Shown here one piece after another: positions 1 to 8,459 of a stretch of 64,000 nt of DNA. A model generated the notes under the pieces. That model was not told where the DNA came from. It made no database searches and was given only the letters and a program-made list of their open reading frames with translations. The position numbers were made by a program, and so were the translations under genes. Position 1 is the stretch's first letter. Every line of letters begins with the position of its first letter. Source of the stretch: an uncultured Actinomycetota bacterium (GTDB lineage: Bacteria > Actinomycetota > Actinomycetes > Mycobacteriales > CADCTP01); the NCBI GenBank assembly GCA_963803135.1, contig CAWDLH010000008.1, positions 432,281 to 496,280 on the forward strand. Reading direction: 5' to 3'.

Positions 1-1
1 T

Positions 2-301
2 CAGCGGCGGCGGATCCCGCTCCCACCGACCGCCCAGGGCGAGGCGGTCGCGTTCACCCCCGACGGGCGTGCCCTGCTGACGAGCACCGAAGGCGTCCCG
101 GCTCCGGTGCACGAGGTCTCCCTCGGCGCCGCCGCCCCGACCCCGAGCCCGACGCCGTCCCGGTCCGCGTCCGCCGCCGCGGGCCGGTCCGAGCCCGACT
201 CCTCCGGACGCGGCGACCTCGTCCGCACCCTCCTGGCCCCGCTCGTCGCCGTCGTCGCCCTCGGCGCCGTCCTCTCCCTCGCCCTCCGCCGTCGCCGCTG
301 A
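2..301 (+). CDS. 3' end of a CDS that starts upstream of the window; Pro/Ser/Ala-rich linker followed by a C-terminal hydrophobic anchor and RRRR tail
   Basis: The frame is open from the window edge to TGA 299-301, with near-saturated third-position GC. Translation: ...GEAVAFTPDGRALLTSTEG...LLAPLVAVVALGAVLSLALRRRR. Track ORF 107..301 is only its tail. Confidence 0.5.
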   Translation, partial: QRRRIPLPPTAQGEAVAFTPDGRALLTSTEGVPAPVHEVSLGAAAPTPSPTPSRSASAAAGRSEPDSSGRGDLVRTLLAPLVAVVALGAVLSLALRRRR

Positions 302-307
302 CCGCGC

Positions 308-1090
308 TCAGATCTTGCGGAGGACGGTGACGACGCGGCCGAGGACGGTCGCCTCGTCGCCGGGAATCGGCGCGTACGCCGGGTTGTGCGGCAGCAACCA
401 CACATGCCCATCCCGCCGCCGGTAGGTCTTCACCGTCGCCTCGCCGTCGATCATCGCGGCGACGATGTCGCCGTTGTCGGCGACCGGCTGCTGCCGGACC
501 ACGACCCAGTCGCCGTCCGCGATCGCGGCGTCGATCATCGAGTCACCGCTGACCCGCAGGAGGAACAGCGTCCCCTCGCCGACCAGCTCCCGCGGCAGCG
601 GGAAGACGTCCTCCACGTACTGCTCGGCCAGCACCGGGCCGCCGGCCGCGATCCGGCCGACGACCGGCACGTAGGTCGGGGCGGGGTGGGCGAACCGCTC
701 CGTCTCCTCGTCCGGCTCCGGCACCCGGGCCGGCGCGGTGGCCGCGGTCTCCGGTGGGCGCACGTCGACGGCGCGAGGACGGTTGGGGTCGCGCCGGATG
801 TAGCCCTTGCGCTCCAGCGTGCTCAACTGGTGGGCCACGCTCGAGGTCGACGTGAGGCCGACGGCCTGGCCGATCTCCCGGACGCTCGGCGGGTATCCCT
901 GCTTGTCGACGGCCTCCCGGATGACCTCCAGGATCCGGCGCTGCCGCTGGGTCAACCCGGCCGCGTCGACCGCGCTGTCCGGGAAGTCGCGCACCACCGC
1001 GGGCTGCGCCACCCCCGGAGGCGCCTGCCCGCCGGTTGCCGCGCGCGCCGCCTCGCCCGCGCGTCTCCTGCCGCCCGACCCTGCCGCCAT
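308..1090 (-). CDS. lexA: LexA SOS repressor (S24 peptidase family)
   Basis: wHTH region [56 protein letters not shown]. Cleavage region [10 protein letters not shown]. Catalytic Ser in VSGDSM and Lys in ATVKTY. Start placed at ATG 1090 because AAGGAGAG lies just upstream; the track ORF runs on to 1174. Confidence 0.93.
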   Translation of the reverse strand: MAAGSGGRRRAGEAARAATGGQAPPGVAQPAVVRDFPDSAVDAAGLTQRQRRILEVIREAVDKQGYPPSVREIGQAVGLTSTSSVAHQLSTLERKGYIRRDPNRPRAVDVRPPETAATAPARVPEPDEETERFAHPAPTYVPVVGRIAAGGPVLAEQYVEDVFPLPRELVGEGTLFLLRVSGDSMIDAAIADGDWVVVRQQPVADNGDIVAAMIDGEATVKTYRRRDGHVWLLPHNPAYAPIPGDEATVLGRVVTVLRKI

Positions 1091-1198
1091 GACCTCTCCT
1101 TGTCGCCGCACCGCGTCCTGCGGATCCGCGCCGGCCCGTCGCTCGCCGCCCCGTGGTCCGTCCGTGATCGACAAGTTAGCGACCGGGACCGACAGTTC

Positions 1199-1214
1199 TC
1201 AAACATCTGTTCGA
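1199..1214. promoter_or_regulatory. SOS (LexA) box, one mismatch: TCAAAC-ATCT-GTTCGA
   Basis: Matches the actinobacterial/mycobacterial LexA operator TCGAAC-N4-GTTCGA at 11 of 12 positions. Lies about 110 bp upstream of lexA in the lexA/LysM divergent region. Confidence 0.7.
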
Positions 1215-1279
1215 ACGACACGCCGGTAACTCGTCGATTCTGTCGGACCCCCGGTGTACAAAGTCGCACAGAGGTTCGA

Positions 1280-1295
1280 TCGAACCTGTGTTCGA
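1280..1295. promoter_or_regulatory. SOS (LexA) box, perfect: TCGAAC-CTGT-GTTCGA
   Basis: Perfect palindromic TCGAAC-N4-GTTCGA, 33 bp upstream of the ATG of the divergent LysM gene. Confidence 0.85.
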
Positions 1296-1327
1296 AGAAT
1301 TGGTCTGGCTGGACAGGAGGGTTCGCG

Positions 1328-2170
1328 ATGACCGTCGCTCCGGAGCTGCCGCCGGTGCCCGTCGCCCGCCGGCGCGGGTCGCACCGCCTGCGGGTAGTGG
1401 TCGACCGCACGCCGGCCGGGGTGGTCGCGCTGGTCGAGCCTCCGCGCCCGCGCGGCCCGCTGGCCCCCGCCCCCGCCTCGGTGGTCGTGCCGGCCGCGCC
1501 GGTGGAGCCGGGGATCGGCCGGGAGCACCGCCCGGCCGATCCCGCCTCACCCCGCTGCTCGGACGGAGACCCGGTTCCCCGGCGGGTCCGGCAGGCCCCG
1601 GCGGCGACGGCTGTCGCCGACCCGTCCCGGACCCGCCCCCTCGGCCTCCGCCCCGCGGTCCACTCGGTGCGGACCCGGCCGGTGCGGACCCGCCCGTCAG
1701 GCTCCCCGTCCGCGGTCGAGCCGGTGCGGGCGGGGCCGGTGCGGACCCGCCCGTCGGGCTCCCCGTCCGCGGTCGAGCCGGTGCGGACGGGGCCGGTGTG
1801 GGCCCAGCCGGGGCGGAGCCGGCCGGTCGGCATCCGGCCGGTGGGCGCGCGGGTGGTGAGGCCGGCGTCCGGGCACCTGCGGCTGACCCGCCGCGGCCGG
1901 CTCGTGACCGCGGCCGCCACGCTGCTCATCGCGGGGCTCGCGCTGGTGGGCGTGGTCTCCCGGGCCGGCGTGCTGCACGAGACCGGGCCGCTGCCGGCCT
2001 CCGCGCCGGCCCAGGTCGTGGTCGCGCCGGGGGAGACGCTGTGGAGCATCGCCCACCGGATCGCCCCCGACCGTGACCCCCGCACGGTCGTCGCCGGCAT
2101 CCAGCATCTCAACGGGCTGCCCACCTCCGACGTCCGCACCGGCCAGACCCTCCTGCTCCGGGCGCCCTGA
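1328..2170 (+). CDS. LysM-domain membrane protein, ChiZ (Rv2719c)-like SOS-induced cell-wall protein
   Basis: C-terminal LysM domain (VVVAPGETLWSIAHRIAPDRDPRTVVAGIQHLNGLPTSDVRTGQTLLLRAP). One TM segment (LVTAAATLLIAGLALVGVV). AGGAGG upstream of ATG 1328. Divergent from lexA with an SOS box in its promoter. Contains a 57-bp (19-aa) in-frame tandem duplication at 1681-1794. Confidence 0.8.
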   Translation: MTVAPELPPVPVARRRGSHRLRVVVDRTPAGVVALVEPPRPRGPLAPAPASVVVPAAPVEPGIGREHRPADPASPRCSDGDPVPRRVRQAPAATAVADPSRTRPLGLRPAVHSVRTRPVRTRPSGSPSAVEPVRAGPVRTRPSGSPSAVEPVRTGPVWAQPGRSRPVGIRPVGARVVRPASGHLRLTRRGRLVTAAATLLIAGLALVGVVSRAGVLHETGPLPASAPAQVVVAPGETLWSIAHRIAPDRDPRTVVAGIQHLNGLPTSDVRTGQTLLLRAP

Positions 2171-2490
2171 CGACCGACCTTCCCCGCGGCCTGCCCGCCG
2201 AGCGCGCGTTCGCCCAGGCCGGTCACCCGTGCCGCGAGCGGTTCGCCGAGGTCACCGAGCGAGACCTGCTCCGCCGGCACGGCGTCGGCCCCGGCGCGAT
2301 CCGCATCCTCCGGGCCGAGCGCGAGACGCACGGCCTCGCCGTCCGCACGCCGTAACCAGCCCCGCCGATCGCGCCCGCCGCCGTGCGGCTCGCGATTCTC
2401 GGCCCGCCCGCGAGCTGGCTCACCTACCCTTCGCCAGCGCCTACCGGGCGGTCACGCGTCGAGGACTTCTGGGCCGAGCTGCCGGCGGGC
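2167..2490 (+). pseudogene. Decayed nrdR-like remnant (ATP-cone 3' part clear, 5' part weak)
   Basis: DNA 2383-2485 aligns by eye with nrdR 3224-3333. It reads VRLAILGPP / ELAHLPFASAYRAVTR / VEDFWAEL against nrd[10 protein letters not shown]...[24 protein letters not shown], but this is spread over three frames. Upstream, CRERFAEVTE resembles nrd[11 protein letters not shown]. There is no canonical start, and an in-frame TAA lies at 2353. Confidence 0.45.
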
Positions 2491-2756
2491 AAGGGCGCCG
2501 GCGGGCGGGCAAGGGCCGCCGTCGTGGTGCTGACCGGGATCGCGGCCGATGCTGTCGTCCGCCGCCCCCACCGGCGCGGCGGCGGGCGCTCCCACGCCAG
2601 CGACGTCTTCGCCCGCTGCCCGGTGGTTCGTGTCGGCGAGCAGCCTCGCCGCAGGGGTGACACCGGGGCACCCGGCCGGGAGGAAACGCCCGGCTCGACC
2701 ACCGCGACACGCCGGTCGATGCTTGCGCCGGACCGGCTGCCTGCCTAGCTTGATAC

Positions 2757-2849
2757 CCCACATCTAGTAGTTACACTGATGTAAGTCGTCCACAGGTTGG
2801 GGTCGCTGGTCCACAAGTCGTCCACAGGGCATCCCCAGGACGGTCCACA
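2757..2849 (+). promoter_or_regulatory. nrdRJ leader: AT-rich island with two adjacent NrdR-box-like 16-mers, then four phased GTCCACA direct repeats
   Basis: CCACATCTAGTAGTTA (2758-2773) and ACACTGATGTAAGTCG (2773-2788) keep the acaC...Gt ends of the NrdR box consensus, but their cores are poor. GTCCACA occurs at 2788, 2809, 2820 and 2843. Confidence 0.3.
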
Positions 2850-2911
2850 GCGCGGCCTCGCCGGAGCGGGGCGGAGGTCCCGCACGGGAGCGGGGGAGGG
2901 AGGTTGTCGCG

Positions 2912-3412
2912 GTGCGTTGCCCTTACTGCCGGCATGCCGACTCGCGGGTCACCGACTCGCGCGAGGTCGACGAGGGCCAGGTCATCCGCCGGCGGCGATC
3001 CTGCCAGGCGTGCGGCCGGCGGTTCACCACGGTCGAGGAAGCCACCCTTGCGGTGATCAAGCGCAGCGGGGTGACCGAGCCGTTCAGCCGGGACAAGGTC
3101 ATCACCGGCGTCCGCCGCGCCTGCCAGGGCCGGCCGGTCGGCGACGACCAGCTCGCGCTGCTGGCCCAGCGGGTGGAGGAGGCGGTGCGCGCCACGGGCT
3201 GCGCCGAGATCCCCAGCAACGACGTCGGGCTGGCCATCCTCGGGCCGCTGCGGGACCTGGACGAGGTGGCCTACCTGCGCTTCGCCAGCGTCTACCGCGC
3301 CTTCACCTCGATCGAGGACTTCGAGGCCGAGATCAGCGCGCTGCGCAGACCCGACGTAGCGGCACCCGCCGCGGGGTCGGAGCCGATCCGCGAGCTGGAG
3401 CCGACGCCGTGA
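2912..3412 (+). CDS. nrdR: NrdR transcriptional repressor (zinc ribbon + ATP-cone)
   Basis: MRCPYC...[12 protein letters not shown] zinc ribbon, then an ATP-cone ([16 protein letters not shown]...[11 protein letters not shown]). GGGAGGGAGG lies upstream of GTG 2912. Immediately precedes nrdJ. Confidence 0.95.
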   Translation: MRCPYCRHADSRVTDSREVDEGQVIRRRRSCQACGRRFTTVEEATLAVIKRSGVTEPFSRDKVITGVRRACQGRPVGDDQLALLAQRVEEAVRATGCAEIPSNDVGLAILGPLRDLDEVAYLRFASVYRAFTSIEDFEAEISALRRPDVAAPAAGSEPIRELEPTP

Positions 3413-3513
3413 GCCGGCACCGGGACCGGGACCGGCAGGCCCAGCTGACCACCGACACCACGACCGCGGCCACGAGCGCACCGCGGGACCACAGCCACGG
3501 AGGGGACCAGACC

Positions 3514-6294
3514 ATGACGGAGACCGTCGACACCCGGCACCAGGAGCGCCGGGGTGGGCTGCACGTCGAGCGGGTCTACACCACCGACGGCGTGCACCCG
3601 TACGACGAGGTCACCTGGCAGCGCCGCGACGTGGTGATGACCAACTGGCGGGACGGCTCGGTCAACTTCGAGCAGCGTGGCGTCGAGTTCCCCGACTTCT
3701 GGTCGGTGAACGCGACGAACATCGTCACCTCGAAATACTTCCGGGGTGCCGCCGGCAGCCCGACCCGCGAGTCCAGCCTGCGCCAGCTCGTCGACCGGGT
3801 GGTGCGCAGTTACCGGCGGGCCGGCGAGCAGCACGGCTATTTCGCAACCCCCGCCGACGCCGAGGTCTTCGAGCACGAGCTGAGCTGGATGCTGGTCCAC
3901 CAGGTGTTCAGCTTCAACTCGCCGGTCTGGTTCAACGTCGGCACGCCGGCCCCGCAGCAGGTCAGCGCCTGCTTCATCCTCGCCGTCGACGACACGATGG
4001 ACTCGATCCTGAACTGGTACCGGGAGGAGGGGCTGATCTTCAAGGGCGGCTCCGGCGCCGGTCTCAACCTGTCCCGGATCCGCTCGTCGAAGGAGCTGCT
4101 GTCCTCCGGCGGCACCGCGTCCGGTCCGGTCAGCTTCATGCGCGGTGCGGACGCGAGCGCCGGCACGATCAAGTCCGGCGGCGCCACCCGGCGGGCCGCG
4201 AAGATGGTCGTGCTCGACGTCGACCACCCCGACGTCGCCGAGTTCATCGAGACCAAGCGGTCCGAGGAGGAGAAGATCCGGGTCCTCCGGGACGCCGGCT
4301 TCGACATGGACCTCGGTGGCAAGGACATCACCAGCGTCCAGTACCAGAACGCGAACAACTCCGTGCGGGTCACCGACGAGTTCATGCGCGCGGTCGACGA
4401 CGGCCGCGAGTTCGGGCTGCGGGCCCGGCTCACCGGCGAGGTCATCGACACCGTCGACGCGCGGTCGCTGTTCCGCAGCATGGCGCAGGCGGCGTGGGAG
4501 TGCGCCGACCCCGGCATCCAGTACGACGACACGATCAACGACTGGCACACCAACCCGGAGACCGGCCGGATCACGGCCAGCAACCCGTGCTCGGAGTACA
4601 TGTCGCTGGACAACTCGTCCTGCAACCTGGCCTCGCTCAACCTGATGAAGTTCCTGCGCGAGGACGGCACGTTCGACGGGGCGACCTTCGCCAAGGCGGT
4701 CGAGCTGGTCATCACCGCGATGGACATCTCGATCTCGTTCGCGGACTTCCCGACCGAGGCGATCACCGAGACGACCCGGGCGTACCGGCAGCTCGGCATC
4801 GGCTACGCCAACCTGGGTGCGCTGCTCATGGCGACCGGGCACGCGTACGACTCCGACGGCGGCCGGACGCTGGCCGCGGCGATCACCTCGCTGATGACCG
4901 GCACGGCCTACCGTCGCTCGGCCGAGCTGGCCGGCGTCGTCGGCCCGTACGACGGGTACGCCCGCAACGCGCTGGCGCACCAGCGGGTGATGCGCAAGCA
5001 CGCCGCGGCCAACGACGTGGTGCGTCCGGTCGGCGCGGACGACGCCGCGATCCTCGCCCTGGCGGCGGACGAGTGGCAGCGCGGCAACGAGATCGGCGCC
5101 GTCAACGGCTGGCGCAACGCGCAGGCCTCGCTGCTCGCGCCGACCGGCACGATCGGCTTCATGATGGACTGCGACACCACCGGCATCGAGCCCGACTTCT
5201 CGCTGGTGAAGTTCAAGAAGCTGGTCGGTGGCGGGTCCATGCAGATCGTCAACCAGACCGTGCCGCGGGCGCTGCGTTCCCTGGGCTATCAGGAGGAGCA
5301 GGTCGAGGCGATCGTGGAGTACATCGCCGAGCACGGGCACGTCGTCGACGCGCCGGGGCTGCGGGCCGAGCATTACGAGGTCTTCGACTGCGCGATGGGC
5401 ACCCGCTCGATCGCGCCGATGGGGCACGTGCGGATGATGGCCGCGGTGCAGCCGTTCCTGTCCGGCGCGATCTCCAAGACCGTCAACATGCCCGAGTCGG
5501 CGACGGTCGAGGACATCGAGGGGATCTACCGGTCCGGCTGGGAGCTGGGGCTCAAGGCCCTGGCGATCTACCGCGACAACTGCAAGGTCGGCCAGCCGCT
5601 GTCCACTGTGGCCAGCTCGTCGTCCACGTCGGACACTCCGGCGCCGGTGGTCGAATACCGGCCGATCCGCAAGCGGCTGCCGAAGAGGCGCCCGTCCCAG
5701 ACGGTGTCGTTCTCGGTGGCCGGCGCGGAGGGCTACGCAACCTCCTCGTCGTACCCGGACGACGGCATCGGTGAGCTGTTCGTCAAGATGTCGAAGCAGG
5801 GTTCGACGCTGGCCGGCGTGATGGACGCGTTCTCGATCGCGATCTCCATCGCCCTGCAGTACGGGGTGCCGCTGGAGACGTACGTCTCGAAGTTCGTCAA
5901 CATGCGCTTCGAGCCGTCGGGGATGACCGACGACCCCGACATCCGGATCGCGTCGTCGGTGATGGACTACCTGTTCCGCCGGCTGGCACTGGACTACCTG
6001 CCGTACGAGACCCGCGCCGAGCTCGGCATCTTCACCGCCGCCGAGCGCGCTGCCACGGTCAACGAGTCGTACGGGGACGCGACCGAGGTCAGCGTCGAGG
6101 AGCTGCGCTCCTCGGCCCCGGTCGAGCACCCGCCGGCACCGCGCCGGGAGGCCCACTCGTCCACCGAGCTGGTCGAGCTCCAGCAGGGCACCGTCGCCGA
6201 CGCTCCCCTCTGCTTCACCTGCGGCACCAAGATGCGCCCCGCCGGCTCCTGCTACGTCTGCGAAGGCTGCGGCAGCACCTCCGGCTGCAGCTGA
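3514..6294 (+). CDS. nrdJ: Adenosylcobalamin-dependent (class II) ribonucleoside-diphosphate reductase
   Basis: About 926 aa. N-terminus RVYTTDGVHPYDEVTWQRRD, core SACFIL / NPCSEY / APTGTI, and a C-terminal Cys cluster CFTCGTKMRPAGSCYVCEGCG. GGAGGGGA lies before ATG 3514. The track ORF starts earlier at 2797, inside nrdR. Confidence 0.95.
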   Translation: MTETVDTRHQERRGGLHVERVYTTDGVHPYDEVTWQRRDVVMTNWRDGSVNFEQRGVEFPDFWSVNATNIVTSKYFRGAAGSPTRESSLRQLVDRVVRSYRRAGEQHGYFATPADAEVFEHELSWMLVHQVFSFNSPVWFNVGTPAPQQVSACFILAVDDTMDSILNWYREEGLIFKGGSGAGLNLSRIRSSKELLSSGGTASGPVSFMRGADASAGTIKSGGATRRAAKMVVLDVDHPDVAEFIETKRSEEEKIRVLRDAGFDMDLGGKDITSVQYQNANNSVRVTDEFMRAVDDGREFGLRARLTGEVIDTVDARSLFRSMAQAAWECADPGIQYDDTINDWHTNPETGRITASNPCSEYMSLDNSSCNLASLNLMKFLREDGTFDGATFAKAVELVITAMDISISFADFPTEAITETTRAYRQLGIGYANLGALLMATGHAYDSDGGRTLAAAITSLMTGTAYRRSAELAGVVGPYDGYARNALAHQRVMRKHAAANDVVRPVGADDAAILALAADEWQRGNEIGAVNGWRNAQASLLAPTGTIGFMMDCDTTGIEPDFSLVKFKKLVGGGSMQIVNQTVPRALRSLGYQEEQVEAIVEYIAEHGHVVDAPGLRAEHYEVFDCAMGTRSIAPMGHVRMMAAVQPFLSGAISKTVNMPESATVEDIEGIYRSGWELGLKALAIYRDNCKVGQPLSTVASSSSTSDTPAPVVEYRPIRKRLPKRRPSQTVSFSVAGAEGYATSSSYPDDGIGELFVKMSKQGSTLAGVMDAFSIAISIALQYGVPLETYVSKFVNMRFEPSGMTDDPDIRIASSVMDYLFRRLALDYLPYETRAELGIFTAAERAATVNESYGDATEVSVEELRSSAPVEHPPAPRREAHSSTELVELQQGTVADAPLCFTCGTKMRPAGSCYVCEGCGSTSGCS

Positions 6295-6315
6295 CCGCAC
6301 CGGCCCGGGGGTGGG

Positions 6316-7275
6316 GTGACCGCGCGACCGGTCGCCCCACCCCTGCGGCCGCTGTGGTGGACTCTCGGCGTGAGTGTGCGGGAGTTGCGGGTGGTGGTGG
6401 TTGCGGAGGACTACGACGCCACGGTCGGGTTCTACCGGGACGTGCTGGGGATGGGGGAGCGGGCGGCGGTGTCCGGGCCCGGCGGGGCCGAGGTCAGCAT
6501 CCTGGCGGCCGGACGGGCGACGGTGGAGATCGCGAACCCGGCGCAGCGGGACTTCATCGACGAGATCGAGGTGGGGCGGCGGGGCGTGGCGCCGCGGATC
6601 CGCTTCGCCTTCGAGGTCGACGACGTCGCCGGGGTGACCGCCACGCTGGTCGCGGGCGGGGCGACCGAGCTCGCGCCGCCCACGCCGACCCCGTTCCACT
6701 CGGTGAACGCGCGCCTCGACACGCCGGGCGACCTGCAGATCACCCTGTTCGAGCGGGACCGCCCGGCACCGCCGGCGGCGAGCAGCGGGGATCTCGTGAT
6801 CCGCGCCGCGGTTGCGGGCGACTGGGCGGCGATCTGGCCGTTCTTCCGGGAGATCGTGGCGGCGGGGGAGACGTACACCTGGCCGCGGGACATGGGCGAG
6901 GACGCCGCCCGGGCGGCGTGGTTCCCCTCGTCGGCACGGACCGTGGTCGCCCTGCTCGCCGGCACCGTCGTGGGCAGCGCCAAGACCCAGCCCAACTACG
7001 CCGGCCCGGGCGCGCATGTGGCCAACGCCAGCTTCCTGGTGGATCCCGCGTACGGCGGGCGCGGGATCGGCCGGGCCCTGGGCGAGCACGTCCTGGCCCA
7101 GGCCCGGGCCGACGGCTACCGGGCGATGCAGTTCAACGCGGTCGTGGCCAGCAACGCCGGCGCCGTCCGGCTGTGGAGCTCGCTCGGGTTCACGGTCGTC
7201 GGCGCGGTGCCGGCCGCGTTCGACCACCCGCGGCTCGGCCCGGTCCCGCTGCTGATCATGTACCGGTCGCTGTGA
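6316..7275 (+). CDS. Fusion protein: VOC/glyoxalase-like domain + GNAT N-acetyltransferase
   Basis: N-terminal half resembles glyoxalase/bleomycin-resistance proteins (LRVVVVAEDYDATVGFYRDVLGM...FEVDDV). C-terminal half is GNAT (FLVDPAYGGRGIGRALGEHVLAQARADGYRAMQFNAVVASNAGAVRLWSSLGF). Start could instead be GTG 6370 or 6376. Confidence 0.8.
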   Translation: MTARPVAPPLRPLWWTLGVSVRELRVVVVAEDYDATVGFYRDVLGMGERAAVSGPGGAEVSILAAGRATVEIANPAQRDFIDEIEVGRRGVAPRIRFAFEVDDVAGVTATLVAGGATELAPPTPTPFHSVNARLDTPGDLQITLFERDRPAPPAASSGDLVIRAAVAGDWAAIWPFFREIVAAGETYTWPRDMGEDAARAAWFPSSARTVVALLAGTVVGSAKTQPNYAGPGAHVANASFLVDPAYGGRGIGRALGEHVLAQARADGYRAMQFNAVVASNAGAVRLWSSLGFTVVGAVPAAFDHPRLGPVPLLIMYRSL

Positions 7276-7976
7276 GGGTGCAGGACGCGTTCGCGGTCTT
7301 CGACGCGCAGGACTCCGGCTGCCTCTCGTACGGGGTGCAGCGGGCCGGGCGCCGCTGGTTCGTCAAGTCCGCCGGCGGCCGCGGCACCGCCGCCGCGATG
7401 ACCCGGGTGGTCGCGCTGCACCGCGCGGTGCGGCACCAGGCGGTCGTGCGCCCGGTCGCCGTGCTGCCCGGGCCGACGCTGGTCTACCCGTGGTGCCCGG
7501 GCGAGGTGCTCAACGCGGCCACCGTGCACGGCGGCAGCCGCACGGGGCTGGAGGGATTCCGCCGGCTGCCGGTCGGCGAGGTGCACCTCGCGCTGGACGC
7601 CGTCCTCGACGCGCACCTCGCGATCACCGCCGCCGGCTGGATCTCGGTCGAGCTGTACGACGGCTGCTTCCGCTACGACGTCGACGCCGGGCGGATGCAC
7701 CTCATCGACCTCGACGAGTACCGCCCGGGCGGGTTCGTCCTCGACGCCGACCGGCTGCCCGGCTCGAGCCGCTACATGGCGCCGGAGGAGTGGGTACGCG
7801 GCGCCTGGATCGACGAGCGGACGACCGTGCACCAGCTCGGCCGTACACTCCAGCAGCTGCTGACCGACGGCCGCGGCACGCACCGGCAGCGGGCCGTCGC
7901 AGCCCGGGCCACCGACCCGGACCCGGACCGCCGGCACCAGACGGTGGCCGCGCTCGTCGCCGACTGGCGGCCCTGA
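7272..7976 (+). CDS. Small protein-kinase-like fold protein lacking a canonical HRD catalytic loop (possible pseudokinase)
   Basis: GTGA overlap with the preceding stop. WFVKS (beta3 Lys-like), HLIDLDEY (DFG-like position) and SSRYMAPEE (APE motif). ISVELYDGC sits where HRDLKPxN is expected. Confidence 0.6.
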   Translation: MRVQDAFAVFDAQDSGCLSYGVQRAGRRWFVKSAGGRGTAAAMTRVVALHRAVRHQAVVRPVAVLPGPTLVYPWCPGEVLNAATVHGGSRTGLEGFRRLPVGEVHLALDAVLDAHLAITAAGWISVELYDGCFRYDVDAGRMHLIDLDEYRPGGFVLDADRLPGSSRYMAPEEWVRGAWIDERTTVHQLGRTLQQLLTDGRGTHRQRAVAARATDPDPDRRHQTVAALVADWRP

Positions 7977-8026
7977 TCCCGGTTCACCCGCGGCCGGGCG
8001 AACAGATTGAAGAAATTCGCCGGGGC

Positions 8027-8053
8027 TGTCGATCCCGGCACAGGTCGTTCGTC
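8027..8053 (+). promoter_or_regulatory. Candidate ECF42-type promoter TGTCGA-N17-CGTC
   Basis: Lies 51 bp upstream of the DGPF gene ATG. The same architecture (TGTCGG-N17-CGTA, with shared ATC after the -35 element and TT before the -10 element) precedes the second DGPF gene at 31869-31895. Confidence 0.5.
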
Positions 8054-8103
8054 GGGAGGGGCGTCGAGATCCGACCGGCGGATCCGCGAGCAGGAGGACA
8101 CTC

Positions 8104-8451
8104 ATGGGGCAGTACGTGGTTCTCATCTACGAGGACGAGCAGGGCTGGAGCAGCGGTGACCCGGCGGTCATCGAGCAGGGCATGAAGGAGCACAACCAGT
8201 TCGCCCAGGACGCGGGCGAGAAGCTGCGCGGCGGCCAGGCGCTGCAGCCGACCTCGACGGCCACCACGATCCGCAAGGACGGCTCGGGCGGGTTCGCGGT
8301 CACCGACGGGCCGTTCGTGGAGACAAAGGAGGCGCTCGGCGGGTACTACGTCGTCGAGGCCGCCGACCTCGACGAGGCGATCGCGCTGGCCAAGCAGGTG
8401 CCGGCGCCGTTCGGGGGCGTCGAGGTGCGGCCGGTGATGGTCTTCGAGTAA
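8104..8451 (+). CDS. YciI-like / DGPF-domain protein
   Basis: DGPFVETKEALGGYYVVEAADLDEAIALAK signature. AGGAGGA RBS. Directly precedes an ECF sigma gene. Confidence 0.9.
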   Translation: MGQYVVLIYEDEQGWSSGDPAVIEQGMKEHNQFAQDAGEKLRGGQALQPTSTATTIRKDGSGGFAVTDGPFVETKEALGGYYVVEAADLDEAIALAKQVPAPFGGVEVRPVMVFE

Positions 8452-8459
8452 CCCGGCCC

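Noticed and set aside
3292-7227. 1311-aa ORF on the minus strand
   Set aside because: It is antisense to nrdJ and the VOC-GNAT gene. The translation is Arg/Gly/Pro/Asp-rich with no family resemblance. This is a typical shadow frame of a >70% GC genome, while the plus-strand genes have unambiguous motifs.
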